The notes under the pieces: model-generated | Seen by the model: the letters and a program-made list of their open reading frames with translations, nothing else | The model's database searches: none | Told to the model about the DNA's origin: nothing | Part shown: piece after piece, positions 9,732 through 17,503 of the stretch | How positions within the stretch are numbered: the first letter of the stretch is position 1 | Layout of the letters: each line of letters starts with the position of its first letter | Made by a program: the position numbers and the translations under genes | Assembly: GCA_001314845.1 (NCBI GenBank) | Contig: LJZQ01000005.1 | Span: 107,755 to 171,754 of the forward strand | Length of the DNA stretch: 64,000 nt | Direction: 5' to 3' | DNA from: Marinobacter excellens HL-55 | GTDB lineage: Bacteria > Pseudomonadota > Gammaproteobacteria > Pseudomonadales > Oleiphilaceae

Positions 9732-10529
9732 GTGCGTATCTGGGCAGTAGCCAATCAGAAAGGTGGTGTCGGTAAGACAACCTCAGTGGTAGCGCTGGGC
9801 GGCCTGTTGGCCGAACGGGGCAAGCGTGTGCTGGTGGTTGACCTGGACCCTCATGGCTCCCTGACCAGCTGGTTCGGCTATGATCCGGACACTCTGGCGC
9901 ACAGTGTATTTGATCTGTTTCAGCATCAGGGCAAGGTACCTGAAGGGCTGCCGGCCCAGTTAATCACCGAAACGAGCCAGAAGGGTTTGTCGCTATTGCC
10001 AGCGAGCACGGCTCTGGCCACCCTGGAACGACGAATGATTGGCGTGGAGGGCATGGGCCTGATCATTTCCCGTGCGCTGGCGCAGCTTTGGGATGACTTC
10101 GACTATGTGATCCTGGACAACACACCGTCACTGGGTGTGCTGATGGTCAACGCGCTGGCGGCGGCCCAGCACCTGATCATCCCGGTACAGACAGAGTTCC
10201 TGGCGATCAAGGGACTTGAGCGCATGCTGCACACCCTGCAAATGATCATGCGCTCCCAGAAAAACGAATTGTCGTACACCATCGTGCCGACCCTGTATGA
10301 CCGTCGCACCCAGGCGTCGGTGAAAAGCCTGAACCAGCTGCGGAAAACCTATCAGGACAGCCTCTGGCGTTTTGCCGTTCCGGTCGATACCAAATTTCGC
10401 GATGCCAGCCAGGCGGGCATGATACCGTCAGCCCTCGATGCCGACACTCACGGTGTCCGTGCCTACCGTCATCTATTGGACGATGTTCTTTCGATAACGG
10501 CGACCGCCAGGGAGCGGAAGCATGCCTGA
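9732..10529 (+). CDS. ParA-family ATPase for polar chemoreceptor-array positioning (Vibrio ParC-like)
   Basis: NQKGGVGKTT, DLDPHGSLT; position in chemotaxis cluster before a CheW-like gene. Confidence 0.9.
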   Translation: MRIWAVANQKGGVGKTTSVVALGGLLAERGKRVLVVDLDPHGSLTSWFGYDPDTLAHSVFDLFQHQGKVPEGLPAQLITETSQKGLSLLPASTALATLERRMIGVEGMGLIISRALAQLWDDFDYVILDNTPSLGVLMVNALAAAQHLIIPVQTEFLAIKGLERMLHTLQMIMRSQKNELSYTIVPTLYDRRTQASVKSLNQLRKTYQDSLWRFAVPVDTKFRDASQAGMIPSALDADTHGVRAYRHLLDDVLSITATARERKHA

Positions 10530-11304
10530 CAAAAAAATGACGCAGCTGGCAGCGCCGGAAGCGGCCATTGCCAGTTATCTGGATGAGTTGCTGCATACCG
10601 CCACCAGCACAGCGCTTGAAGACACATTGGTGCAGGCACCTCCTGCCGCGAAGGAAGAAACCAGGCCCCGGACAACGCCGGCCAAAGTTGCCGAGAAGCC
10701 GGCTGAGCCGTTAACAGCAGAGTCTCCGGTTAAGGTGCCTGAGACCTTGGTACCTGAAACACCGGAGATATCCGAGCCTGTCGCCAAAACAGTGGCGGCG
10801 ACGGCAATCGACGCCGGCAGTGACGAGCCACCAACACGCCCGGACTGGTCTGAAAATCCCTTCGAGTGCCTGATTTTTACCGTAGCTGGTTTGCAGTTGG
10901 CGGTTCCTTTGGTGCTGCTGGGAGCCATCCATCGGATTGAAGAAGAAATCCGGCCCATTCCCGGAAGCCCCCGCTGGTACATGGGAATTCGACCGGATCG
11001 GGATCATAATCTTCGTGTAGTTGATACCGCAGAGTGGATTATGGCCGGGCGGGTTCCCCCGGCGGCCCGTGACAGTTATCGGTTTGTTATCCGTCTGGAC
11101 GACAGCGAGTGGGGGCTGGCCTGCGACGATGTGGCTCAGTCTTTTACCCTGAAGCCGGATCAGGTGCGCTGGCGAACGGCGCGAAGCAAAAGGCCCTGGC
11201 TGGCGGGGACGGTTATTGATCACATGTGTGCACTGATTGATGTGCGCACCATGGCGCATTTGCTGGTGCGAGCTGAGCGCGAGCACCACCTGGATCTTAG
11301 CTGA
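10522..11304 (+). CDS. CheW-domain protein with acidic/Pro-rich N-terminus (ParP-like)
   Basis: FECLIFTVAGLQLAVPL...WLAGTVIDHMCALID; overlaps the parA stop. Confidence 0.85.
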   Translation: MPDKKMTQLAAPEAAIASYLDELLHTATSTALEDTLVQAPPAAKEETRPRTTPAKVAEKPAEPLTAESPVKVPETLVPETPEISEPVAKTVAATAIDAGSDEPPTRPDWSENPFECLIFTVAGLQLAVPLVLLGAIHRIEEEIRPIPGSPRWYMGIRPDRDHNLRVVDTAEWIMAGRVPPAARDSYRFVIRLDDSEWGLACDDVAQSFTLKPDQVRWRTARSKRPWLAGTVIDHMCALIDVRTMAHLLVRAEREHHLDLS

Positions 11305-11361
11305 GCAGCATGGCTTGCTGAAAACTGTACAAACTGGTTACTGAAAGAAACCGTGTCATGC

Positions 11362-11376
11362 TGGCACGGTTTGTGC
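11362..11376 (+). promoter_or_regulatory. Candidate sigma54 promoter (-24/-12) upstream of cheW, embedded in inverted repeats
   Basis: TGGCACG-GTTT-GTGC, one mismatch to TGGCACG-N4-TTGC; correct GG-N10-GC spacing. Confidence 0.5.
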
Positions 11377-11457
11377 CCTTAACTATAGTATTGGGCACTG
11401 ACGATGAATTTTTGACGATCAGGTTGCCCGCCGGGCAGCCGAGAAGGAGAGAGCGTT

Positions 11458-11946
11458 ATGGCATCCCCGAGCGGACAAGTGAGTCAGGCCCATGATGATC
11501 AGGTGCTGCAGTATGTGACCTTTCGTCTGGATGACGAAACCTACGGCATTAACGTCATGCAGATTCAGGAAGTGCTGCGTTACACGGAGATTGCCCCGGT
11601 ACCGGGAGCCCCGGATTATGTGTTGGGGATCATCAATCTGCGGGGCAATGTAGTGACCGTTATTGATACCCGTCGGCGCTTTGGCCTGGCCGATGCAGAA
11701 GTGACTGATGCCACGCGCATCGTGGTGATGGAATCTTCAAGCCAGGTTATGGGCATTCTGGTGGACTCGGTGGCCGAGGTGGTTTACCTCAAGGCCAGTG
11801 AAATTGAGACCGCACCGAACGTGGGGAACGAGGAAAGTGCCAAGTTCATCCAGGGCGTGTGCAACAAGAACGGCGAGCTGATCATTCTCGTTGAATTCGA
11901 CAAAATGTTGTCAGATAACGAATGGGCTGAAATCGCAACACTGTAG
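11458..11946 (+). CDS. cheW: Chemotaxis coupling protein CheW
   Basis: QYVTFRLDDETYGINVMQIQEV, GIINLRGNVVTVID. Confidence 0.97.
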   Translation: MASPSGQVSQAHDDQVLQYVTFRLDDETYGINVMQIQEVLRYTEIAPVPGAPDYVLGIINLRGNVVTVIDTRRRFGLADAEVTDATRIVVMESSSQVMGILVDSVAEVVYLKASEIETAPNVGNEESAKFIQGVCNKNGELIILVEFDKMLSDNEWAEIATL

Positions 11947-12013
11947 GGGTCGATCCTCACGCAGAGTTGCCGGTGGACGTCTTTCGTTGTAACCAACAAG
12001 GGAGACGTCTGTC

Positions 12014-12406
12014 ATGAGCTTTACCATTCCTTCCTGGCTTCCCTGGAGCCTGACTGCCCTCGCCATTGGCCTGGTGTTACTGCAAAGCCTCAGTCATGGC
12101 CGGCAGATTAAAGCCCTGCGTGGGTCTCTCAAAGATCGTTGCGACACGCTTGGCCGTGAGCTCCATGCCACGACGAGCGGCAGCATGGGAGTGGGGCAGC
12201 GGCTGGTGGCGTGCGAGCGTCAGCTTCATGAGTTACGTAATTCCCTCGATGAAATGCGGCAGAACGACCCGCTCCGGATTTCCTACGACGAAGCCGCGCG
12301 GCTGGTTGATCTTGGCGCCGATATCGACGATCTTATGAATACCTGCGGGATCTCCCGCCCCGAGGCCGAACTGGTTTCCGCGCTCAAGAAACGTCAGGCG
12401 GCCTGA
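12014..12406 (+). CDS. DUF2802-family membrane-anchored protein
   Basis: N-terminal TM helix, coiled region, C-terminal YDEAARLVDLGADIDDLMNTCGISRPEAEL; usual position after cheW. Confidence 0.85.
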   Translation: MSFTIPSWLPWSLTALAIGLVLLQSLSHGRQIKALRGSLKDRCDTLGRELHATTSGSMGVGQRLVACERQLHELRNSLDEMRQNDPLRISYDEAARLVDLGADIDDLMNTCGISRPEAELVSALKKRQAA

Positions 12407-12432
12407 TCCGAGGATTTAGCGGACGCTGCTGT

Positions 12433-14709
12433 ATGAAAACACTCTATCCGAGGGCCTTCGAGGCCCTCAATGCGGTGAACCGGCAGGACTATGTCTCCGG
12501 TGCTGATATTGCCCCTTCCATTACCGGCCACTCCATTCCCCGGGAAGAAACCGTGCAGCACCTGCTGGCGCTTTGCCCGGAGATTGAGCCGGATCACGTG
12601 ATTATGCATGTAGGCGGCGGTTCCGGTTATCTCACAGCGGTACTGGCCGAGCTGGCGCATAGGGTGCTCTATGTTGATCGCAATCCGGTTGTTGCCGAGA
12701 AGGCTCGGGAACGATTCTTCAAGGGTGGTAAACATAATGTTGATGTGATTTCGGCGGCCGTCGATGAAGGTGTACCGGCGGATGAGCTCTGCGATTTGAT
12801 TATTTGCACTACCTTTCTGTCCGATCCTTCTGTGCTGATTACGTCTATGCGGGATGGTGGCAGGTTGGTGTGCCTCGAAGGCCGGGCCGGGCCGGTACCC
12901 AGTCTGGCCATGTTCCGGCGGACTGGCATCAAACTCGAAAGACTGCGAACGCTGGGTTGGGTGGATTTTAACCGTAATGCCGAGCAGATACTGATCGATC
13001 TCGGATTGGTTAACGACGCCGTACTTGCCGAGGCAAGGGCTGAGGCGGCAGGTAAGAACGAGCGGGTTCTGGACGTGGTTCGGCGCAAACTGAATCTTGA
13101 AGAGATAGATCTGTACCGATCTCTGGCTCAGCAGCGTGGCATGATCTTTACCGATGCCGACGAAGTCCTGGCCAGCCTTCAATCAGAGTTGTTCCGGCGC
13201 TTTTCCCGTACTTTTCTAGATCTGTCGCGGATTATACCCGTGGCGGAGGAAGATGGTGGCCTGACGGTGGTCACCGATGATCCTGACGTCCATACCGATC
13301 AGCTTGAGCGGCTCACGCCCAATCACAAAATCACTTGCTTGCTGGTAACGCCGTCGGACTTTCGCAGAATTTGGTCGGCGCTGGATCTGACCGTAAAAGG
13401 TAGTCACTTTGCTGCTGAACATGGCAAAACCCCGCCTCAGAATGATGCAAACCTTACCAAGAATTTGCTGGTTGAAGACCGGGGTAACAAAAATATAAGT
13501 CCTTACCTGGTCTCGGTCTATGAGGCAATCCTGCTGGATGCGGTCAGTGAAAAAGCCAGCGATATTCACATCGAACAATATGAGAATCGTGTTCGAATTC
13601 GTCTCAGGGTTGATGGTGATCTGCATGATTTGCCTCAGTACCAGTTGTCCGCCCGAGAGATTCGGGGCGTTATAAACGTTATTAAGCTGCGGGCGGAACT
13701 CAATATAGCCGAGCATCGTTTACCCCAGGGTGGCCGTTCCCGTCTTCAGCTGGGCGACACCTCATATGATCTGAGGGTTCAGACCCAACCGTCGTTACAC
13801 GGCGAAAATGCCATTATCCGATTGCTGCCCCAGACAGGTCGGGCTATGACCATCGCCGAACTGGGTATGTCGCCGGCCATAGGCGCCCGGTATCAGCGAC
13901 TGCTGGATAACCCGGCGGGCCTCGTGCTGGTGGTCGGGCCGACTGGCTCCGGAAAATCCACCACTCTCTATGCTGGTTTGCAGACTTTGGCTGATGATGG
14001 GAACCGTAAGGTGATCACGGTCGAAGACCCCATTGAGTACTCCATTGAAAATATTCAGCAGACTCGGGTGCGTTCGGAAATCGGTTTCAGCTTTGCTGAT
14101 TCCATGCGGTCATTCGTGCGGGAAGATCCTGATGTCATCCTCGTGGGCGAAATCCGCGATCAGGAGACTGCGCTGGAAGCGATTCGCGCGTCACAGACCG
14201 GGCATGTGGTGTTGTCGACGCTACATTGTAACGACGCCGTGGATTCGCTTCAGCGTCTTTACGATCTGGGTGTTCACCCGAACTCCATTGCTGGAGAGTT
14301 GCTGGCGGTGATTGCCCAGCGCCTGGCTAAACGTATCTGCAAGCACTGCCGTAAACCTGCCAGACCTGATCCGGCAATTCTGGCCGAAGTGTTTCCCGAC
14401 GGCGCTCCGGCCAATTTCCGGTGCTTTTCCGGTGCAGGCTGTGACAAGTGCAATGGCCGGGGGACCCAAGGTCGGGTTGGCATCGTCGAATATTTAGAGG
14501 TGAACACCGATATTCGAAACGCCATTTCCAGTCAGCCGCCAATTGGTGAGTTGCGTTGGCGAGCTCTGGACGCCGGTCTGGTTACAATGAGAGACAGTGC
14601 ATTGGACCATGTCATCGAGGGTATTATCCCGTTGTCGGAGCTGCCGCGCATTCTCCCCAGAGAGCGAATGGCGCCGGAAGTTCGTGGCGGCCGCAGGAGT
14701 CATGAATGA
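12433..14709 (+). CDS. Fusion protein: PCMT-like methyltransferase domain + MshEN/T2SSE_N-like domain + GspE/PilB-type traffic ATPase
   Basis: aa1-179 align by eye to Pcm (HVGGGSGYLTAVLAEL, VDR, HNV, GGRLV); ATPase has ASDIHIE, RVDG, QGGR, Walker A GPTGSGKST, Asp box TVEDPIEY, Walker B DPDVILVGEIRD, His box GHVVLSTLH, CxxC...CxxC. Confidence 0.9.
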   Translation: MKTLYPRAFEALNAVNRQDYVSGADIAPSITGHSIPREETVQHLLALCPEIEPDHVIMHVGGGSGYLTAVLAELAHRVLYVDRNPVVAEKARERFFKGGKHNVDVISAAVDEGVPADELCDLIICTTFLSDPSVLITSMRDGGRLVCLEGRAGPVPSLAMFRRTGIKLERLRTLGWVDFNRNAEQILIDLGLVNDAVLAEARAEAAGKNERVLDVVRRKLNLEEIDLYRSLAQQRGMIFTDADEVLASLQSELFRRFSRTFLDLSRIIPVAEEDGGLTVVTDDPDVHTDQLERLTPNHKITCLLVTPSDFRRIWSALDLTVKGSHFAAEHGKTPPQNDANLTKNLLVEDRGNKNISPYLVSVYEAILLDAVSEKASDIHIEQYENRVRIRLRVDGDLHDLPQYQLSAREIRGVINVIKLRAELNIAEHRLPQGGRSRLQLGDTSYDLRVQTQPSLHGENAIIRLLPQTGRAMTIAELGMSPAIGARYQRLLDNPAGLVLVVGPTGSGKSTTLYAGLQTLADDGNRKVITVEDPIEYSIENIQQTRVRSEIGFSFADSMRSFVREDPDVILVGEIRDQETALEAIRASQTGHVVLSTLHCNDAVDSLQRLYDLGVHPNSIAGELLAVIAQRLAKRICKHCRKPARPDPAILAEVFPDGAPANFRCFSGAGCDKCNGRGTQGRVGIVEYLEVNTDIRNAISSQPPIGELRWRALDAGLVTMRDSALDHVIEGIIPLSELPRILPRERMAPEVRGGRRSHE

Positions 14710-15809
14710 AACCCAGTAAAGCTACAATGCGCGCCGCTCAGCGGGAACCGGCCGAAGTAACCTACCGGGAAGAGCTCGATAGACTGATATCGTTGGATCC
14801 CGGTCCGGTCCCGCCCGGCTGGCAAATGTCGCCGCGTGGTGTCGAGAAATTTCTGCTTGGTGACGAAAAGCTGGGCATCGAACGCAAGTTCGTGGCCGAT
14901 CGTGCCATGGTAGTTCGCATTATTATTTCGCTCTGTACCAGCCGGGGCTGCTTGCTGGTTGGCGAGCCGGGCACGGCAAAGTCCTGGCTGTCGGAACTTC
15001 TGGCGGCGGCGATCTCGGGCACTTCCACTCTAACCCTGCAAGGGGGGGCGATCAGCCAGGTCAGCCAGCTCCTGTACAGCTGGAATGAAGCCCTCTTGCA
15101 CACCGAGGGCCCGACCCGAAAAGCTCTGGTGCCGACCCCCTTGCTTCGAGGCATGATGGAAGGGCGACTGGTCCGTTTTGAAGAGATTGCTCGATGCCCC
15201 CAGGCCCTGCAAGATGCCTTGCTTTCGGTTCTATCCGACAGAGTGGTGGTGATTCCTGAGTTGTCGGGTGACGACGGTGTCATTCTGGCTCAGCAAGGAT
15301 TCAATCTGGTGGCCACCTCAAATAGTGTCGACGAGGGCGTTCATCGCATGAGCGCTGCCCTTATGAGGCGGATGAATTTTGAGGAGATCCGGCCGATTCG
15401 TCAGCTGGCTGACGAGATGGACGTGGTATTGCGTGAGGTTGCCAAAGCCAACCGCTGCGCCGGCATTGAAGTTGCGCTGGAGCCGTCGGTGGTTGAAGTG
15501 CTGGTGACGCTGTTTCACGAGTTGCGTAACGGCCAGACCCTGGACGGCAGGAGCACTGACCGGCTTGCAGGGGCTGCGCTGTCAACGGCTGAGGCGGTCT
15601 CCGTTGCCCATGCGGCGAGCCTGAATGCCTGGTATTACGGTCGTGGGGCGATGACAGTGGAGCACCTGATGCATCACATCATCGGCTCGGCGTTAAAAGA
15701 TCAGCCAGACGACCGTCGCCGGCTGAAACACTATTTTGAAACCGCCGTTGCCCCGCGCAAAGGCGAACATTGGCAGCAGGTGTGGGCTCTGCGCTCACTG
15801 ATCAACTGA
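14706..15809 (+). CDS. MoxR-superfamily AAA+ ATPase (YehL-like)
   Basis: PPGWQMSP, Walker A GEPGTAKS, Walker B RFEEIARC, ATSN, SAALMRRMNF, STAEAVS; ATGA overlap with upstream gene. Confidence 0.82.
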   Translation: MKPSKATMRAAQREPAEVTYREELDRLISLDPGPVPPGWQMSPRGVEKFLLGDEKLGIERKFVADRAMVVRIIISLCTSRGCLLVGEPGTAKSWLSELLAAAISGTSTLTLQGGAISQVSQLLYSWNEALLHTEGPTRKALVPTPLLRGMMEGRLVRFEEIARCPQALQDALLSVLSDRVVVIPELSGDDGVILAQQGFNLVATSNSVDEGVHRMSAALMRRMNFEEIRPIRQLADEMDVVLREVAKANRCAGIEVALEPSVVEVLVTLFHELRNGQTLDGRSTDRLAGAALSTAEAVSVAHAASLNAWYYGRGAMTVEHLMHHIIGSALKDQPDDRRRLKHYFETAVAPRKGEHWQQVWALRSLIN

Positions 15810-16109
15810 CGGTTCGGCGGCGGGCCGGGCGTCTCCGGGTGTCCGGCCTCGAATGTGAAAGGCGAAGGCCAGTATTTCCGCTATCACTCTGTACAGCTCT
15901 TCCGGAATCTCTTCATTCAGCGACAACCGGGCCAGAATACCGGCCAGCTCGGCATTTTCGTAAAGTGGTACTTCATGCTCTCTGGCAATCCGGACGATTT
16001 CTTCGGCCAGCTCCCAGGTTCCGGTGGCTGAGATCAGGGGCGCGCGTTCGCCGTCGTATTTCAGGGCGACCGCTGCCGGGATGTGAGTGTTCGTCTGCTT
16101 TTCTGTCAT
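15795..16109 (-). CDS. Stand-alone FlhB cytoplasmic-domain-like protein (EscU/YscU/HrcU family)
   Basis: AVALKYD-GERAP...ATG...AEEIVRIAREHEVPLYEN..L..L....IPEELYRVIAEILAF; start set at the ATG overlapping the upstream stop. Confidence 0.9.
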   Translation of the reverse strand: MTEKQTNTHIPAAVALKYDGERAPLISATGTWELAEEIVRIAREHEVPLYENAELAGILARLSLNEEIPEELYRVIAEILAFAFHIRGRTPGDARPAAEPSVDQ

Positions 16110-17503
16110 GCCTTGGTGTCTACCAGTCGGTGTTCCAGTCGGGTCTGTGTTTGCTGCGGACTGCCCCGTCGGCAATCGAGATCTTTTACCTCAAGCCCCA
16201 GGTCAATCAGGCTTTGCCTGAGTAGCGGCAGTTCCTTATGCACCTGCCTGAGCGTGCTTTGCTTCTCTGCCCAGACTTGCGCGCTGACCGAGGGGTACCG
16301 GAATGACACATCAAAATGCAGCGGGCCCGCCTCATCCAGATCCATCGACAGGGATAGTCGCCATTCGCTGATGGCAGACCGATTTGCGCTGCGGCTGGAT
16401 TCGTCCTCTTGCGGATACTGTTCCAGCCGGAGTTGGGCAATTCTGGGTTCTTGCTGGGGCGTGACCCAGGGCAGTTCAACCAGCAAGGTATTGATGGGGG
16501 TTCCTGGCTCAGCGCCGGCCCTGGCGGTCAGAACCTGACTGTGCAACTGGTTAACCGTGATCCGGTTCAGCATGCCTGCCAGCAGGCGCAAGGTTTGTCC
16601 GACAGAGGCTGCTTCACTGCTGGCCGGAGACTGTGCCGACGTAAGTTGGGGGAACTGCAGCGGCGCTTGCACCAGTTCATGACTGGACAGGGGCGTTAAC
16701 CGGTTGAAGTGATCGGCTCCTTGCCCTTGTGTCGCCAGAAGCGTGCTGACAACGCGTGCCAGGGCTAGTTTCAGGTCGGCGGGGGGCGTGGTGGCCGATC
16801 CGGATTGCAGCAGTCGCGATTCGGCAAAAATACCGCTCTCTGACAACCATTGCCTGACTTGCTGGCCAGCGCCATCAGCCTTGCCGGCGCCCGGTGCCAG
16901 GCCGTCCGATTTAATTAGGCTGTTGAGTAGCACCTGCAGGTTTTCCCGAGCGCCGGCGGGCAGCGGCTGCGGCAGGGCTTGTGAAGGCAGTTGTCCGGGT
17001 TGGGGCTCGAGTTTTACGCCGGTGGTCATGGCTTGCAAGAGCTGGGACAACCCAGCCTGCAGGTTTTGTTGCCATGGCAGTCGTTGGGCCAGGGCGCGGG
17101 CAATGCCGGCATCCTGGCTTGGCGCCAGTTTGCCCATCAGCTGGAGTTCATTACCGGCGCGCATTACTTTGATCAAGTCACCGACGGACAGCTCCTGGGG
17201 CTTCGCCCCGGTGGACACCGCCAGGGTCTGGCCTCGCAATTCAAGAAGCAGTTCGTACCCGCCCCCTCTTTGCTGAAGAATGTCGGCCACCCGTGCCAGT
17301 GTGCTTTCATTTTTGGCAAGACGAAGCTGTGCAAGTTGTTGCTGGGCTGTTTGCAGTGGGTCAGGGCGTTGTGATGAGGTGCCGGCGTCACCGATGTTCG
17401 CGCCGGGCTGAGCGGCGCTGGTCCGGCCGGCAGAGGCGTCGGGCGTCCTGATCGGGGGCTGGCCTTCGTTCAGTTTCATTGTCATTGAATTGATGTCGGG
17501 CAA
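16106..17503 (-). CDS. FliK-like (hook-length-control C-terminal domain) protein; start uncertain (17503/17485/17479)
   Basis: Q/A/P-rich low-complexity body; C-terminal WRLSLSMDLDEAGPLHFDV...LRQSLIDLGLEVKDLDC. Confidence 0.78.
   Translation of the reverse strand: MPDINSMTMKLNEGQPPIRTPDASAGRTSAAQPGANIGDAGTSSQRPDPLQTAQQQLAQLRLAKNESTLARVADILQQRGGGYELLLELRGQTLAVSTGAKPQELSVGDLIKVMRAGNELQLMGKLAPSQDAGIARALAQRLPWQQNLQAGLSQLLQAMTTGVKLEPQPGQLPSQALPQPLPAGARENLQVLLNSLIKSDGLAPGAGKADGAGQQVRQWLSESGIFAESRLLQSGSATTPPADLKLALARVVSTLLATQGQGADHFNRLTPLSSHELVQAPLQFPQLTSAQSPASSEAASVGQTLRLLAGMLNRITVNQLHSQVLTARAGAEPGTPINTLLVELPWVTPQQEPRIAQLRLEQYPQEDESSRSANRSAISEWRLSLSMDLDEAGPLHFDVSFRYPSVSAQVWAEKQSTLRQVHKELPLLRQSLIDLGLEVKDLDCRRGSPQQTQTRLEHRLVDTKA

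Noticed and set aside
8002-11304. Stator genes and parA inside the chemotaxis cluster
   Set aside because: Established arrangement in polar-flagellate gammaproteobacteria (motCD, ParC/ParP-like); not novel
12407-15809. Cassette as a mobile element or recent horizontal insertion
   Set aside because: No transposase, integrase, tRNA anchor, terminal inverted repeats or target duplication seen; only short AT-rich patches, no clear compositional break by eye
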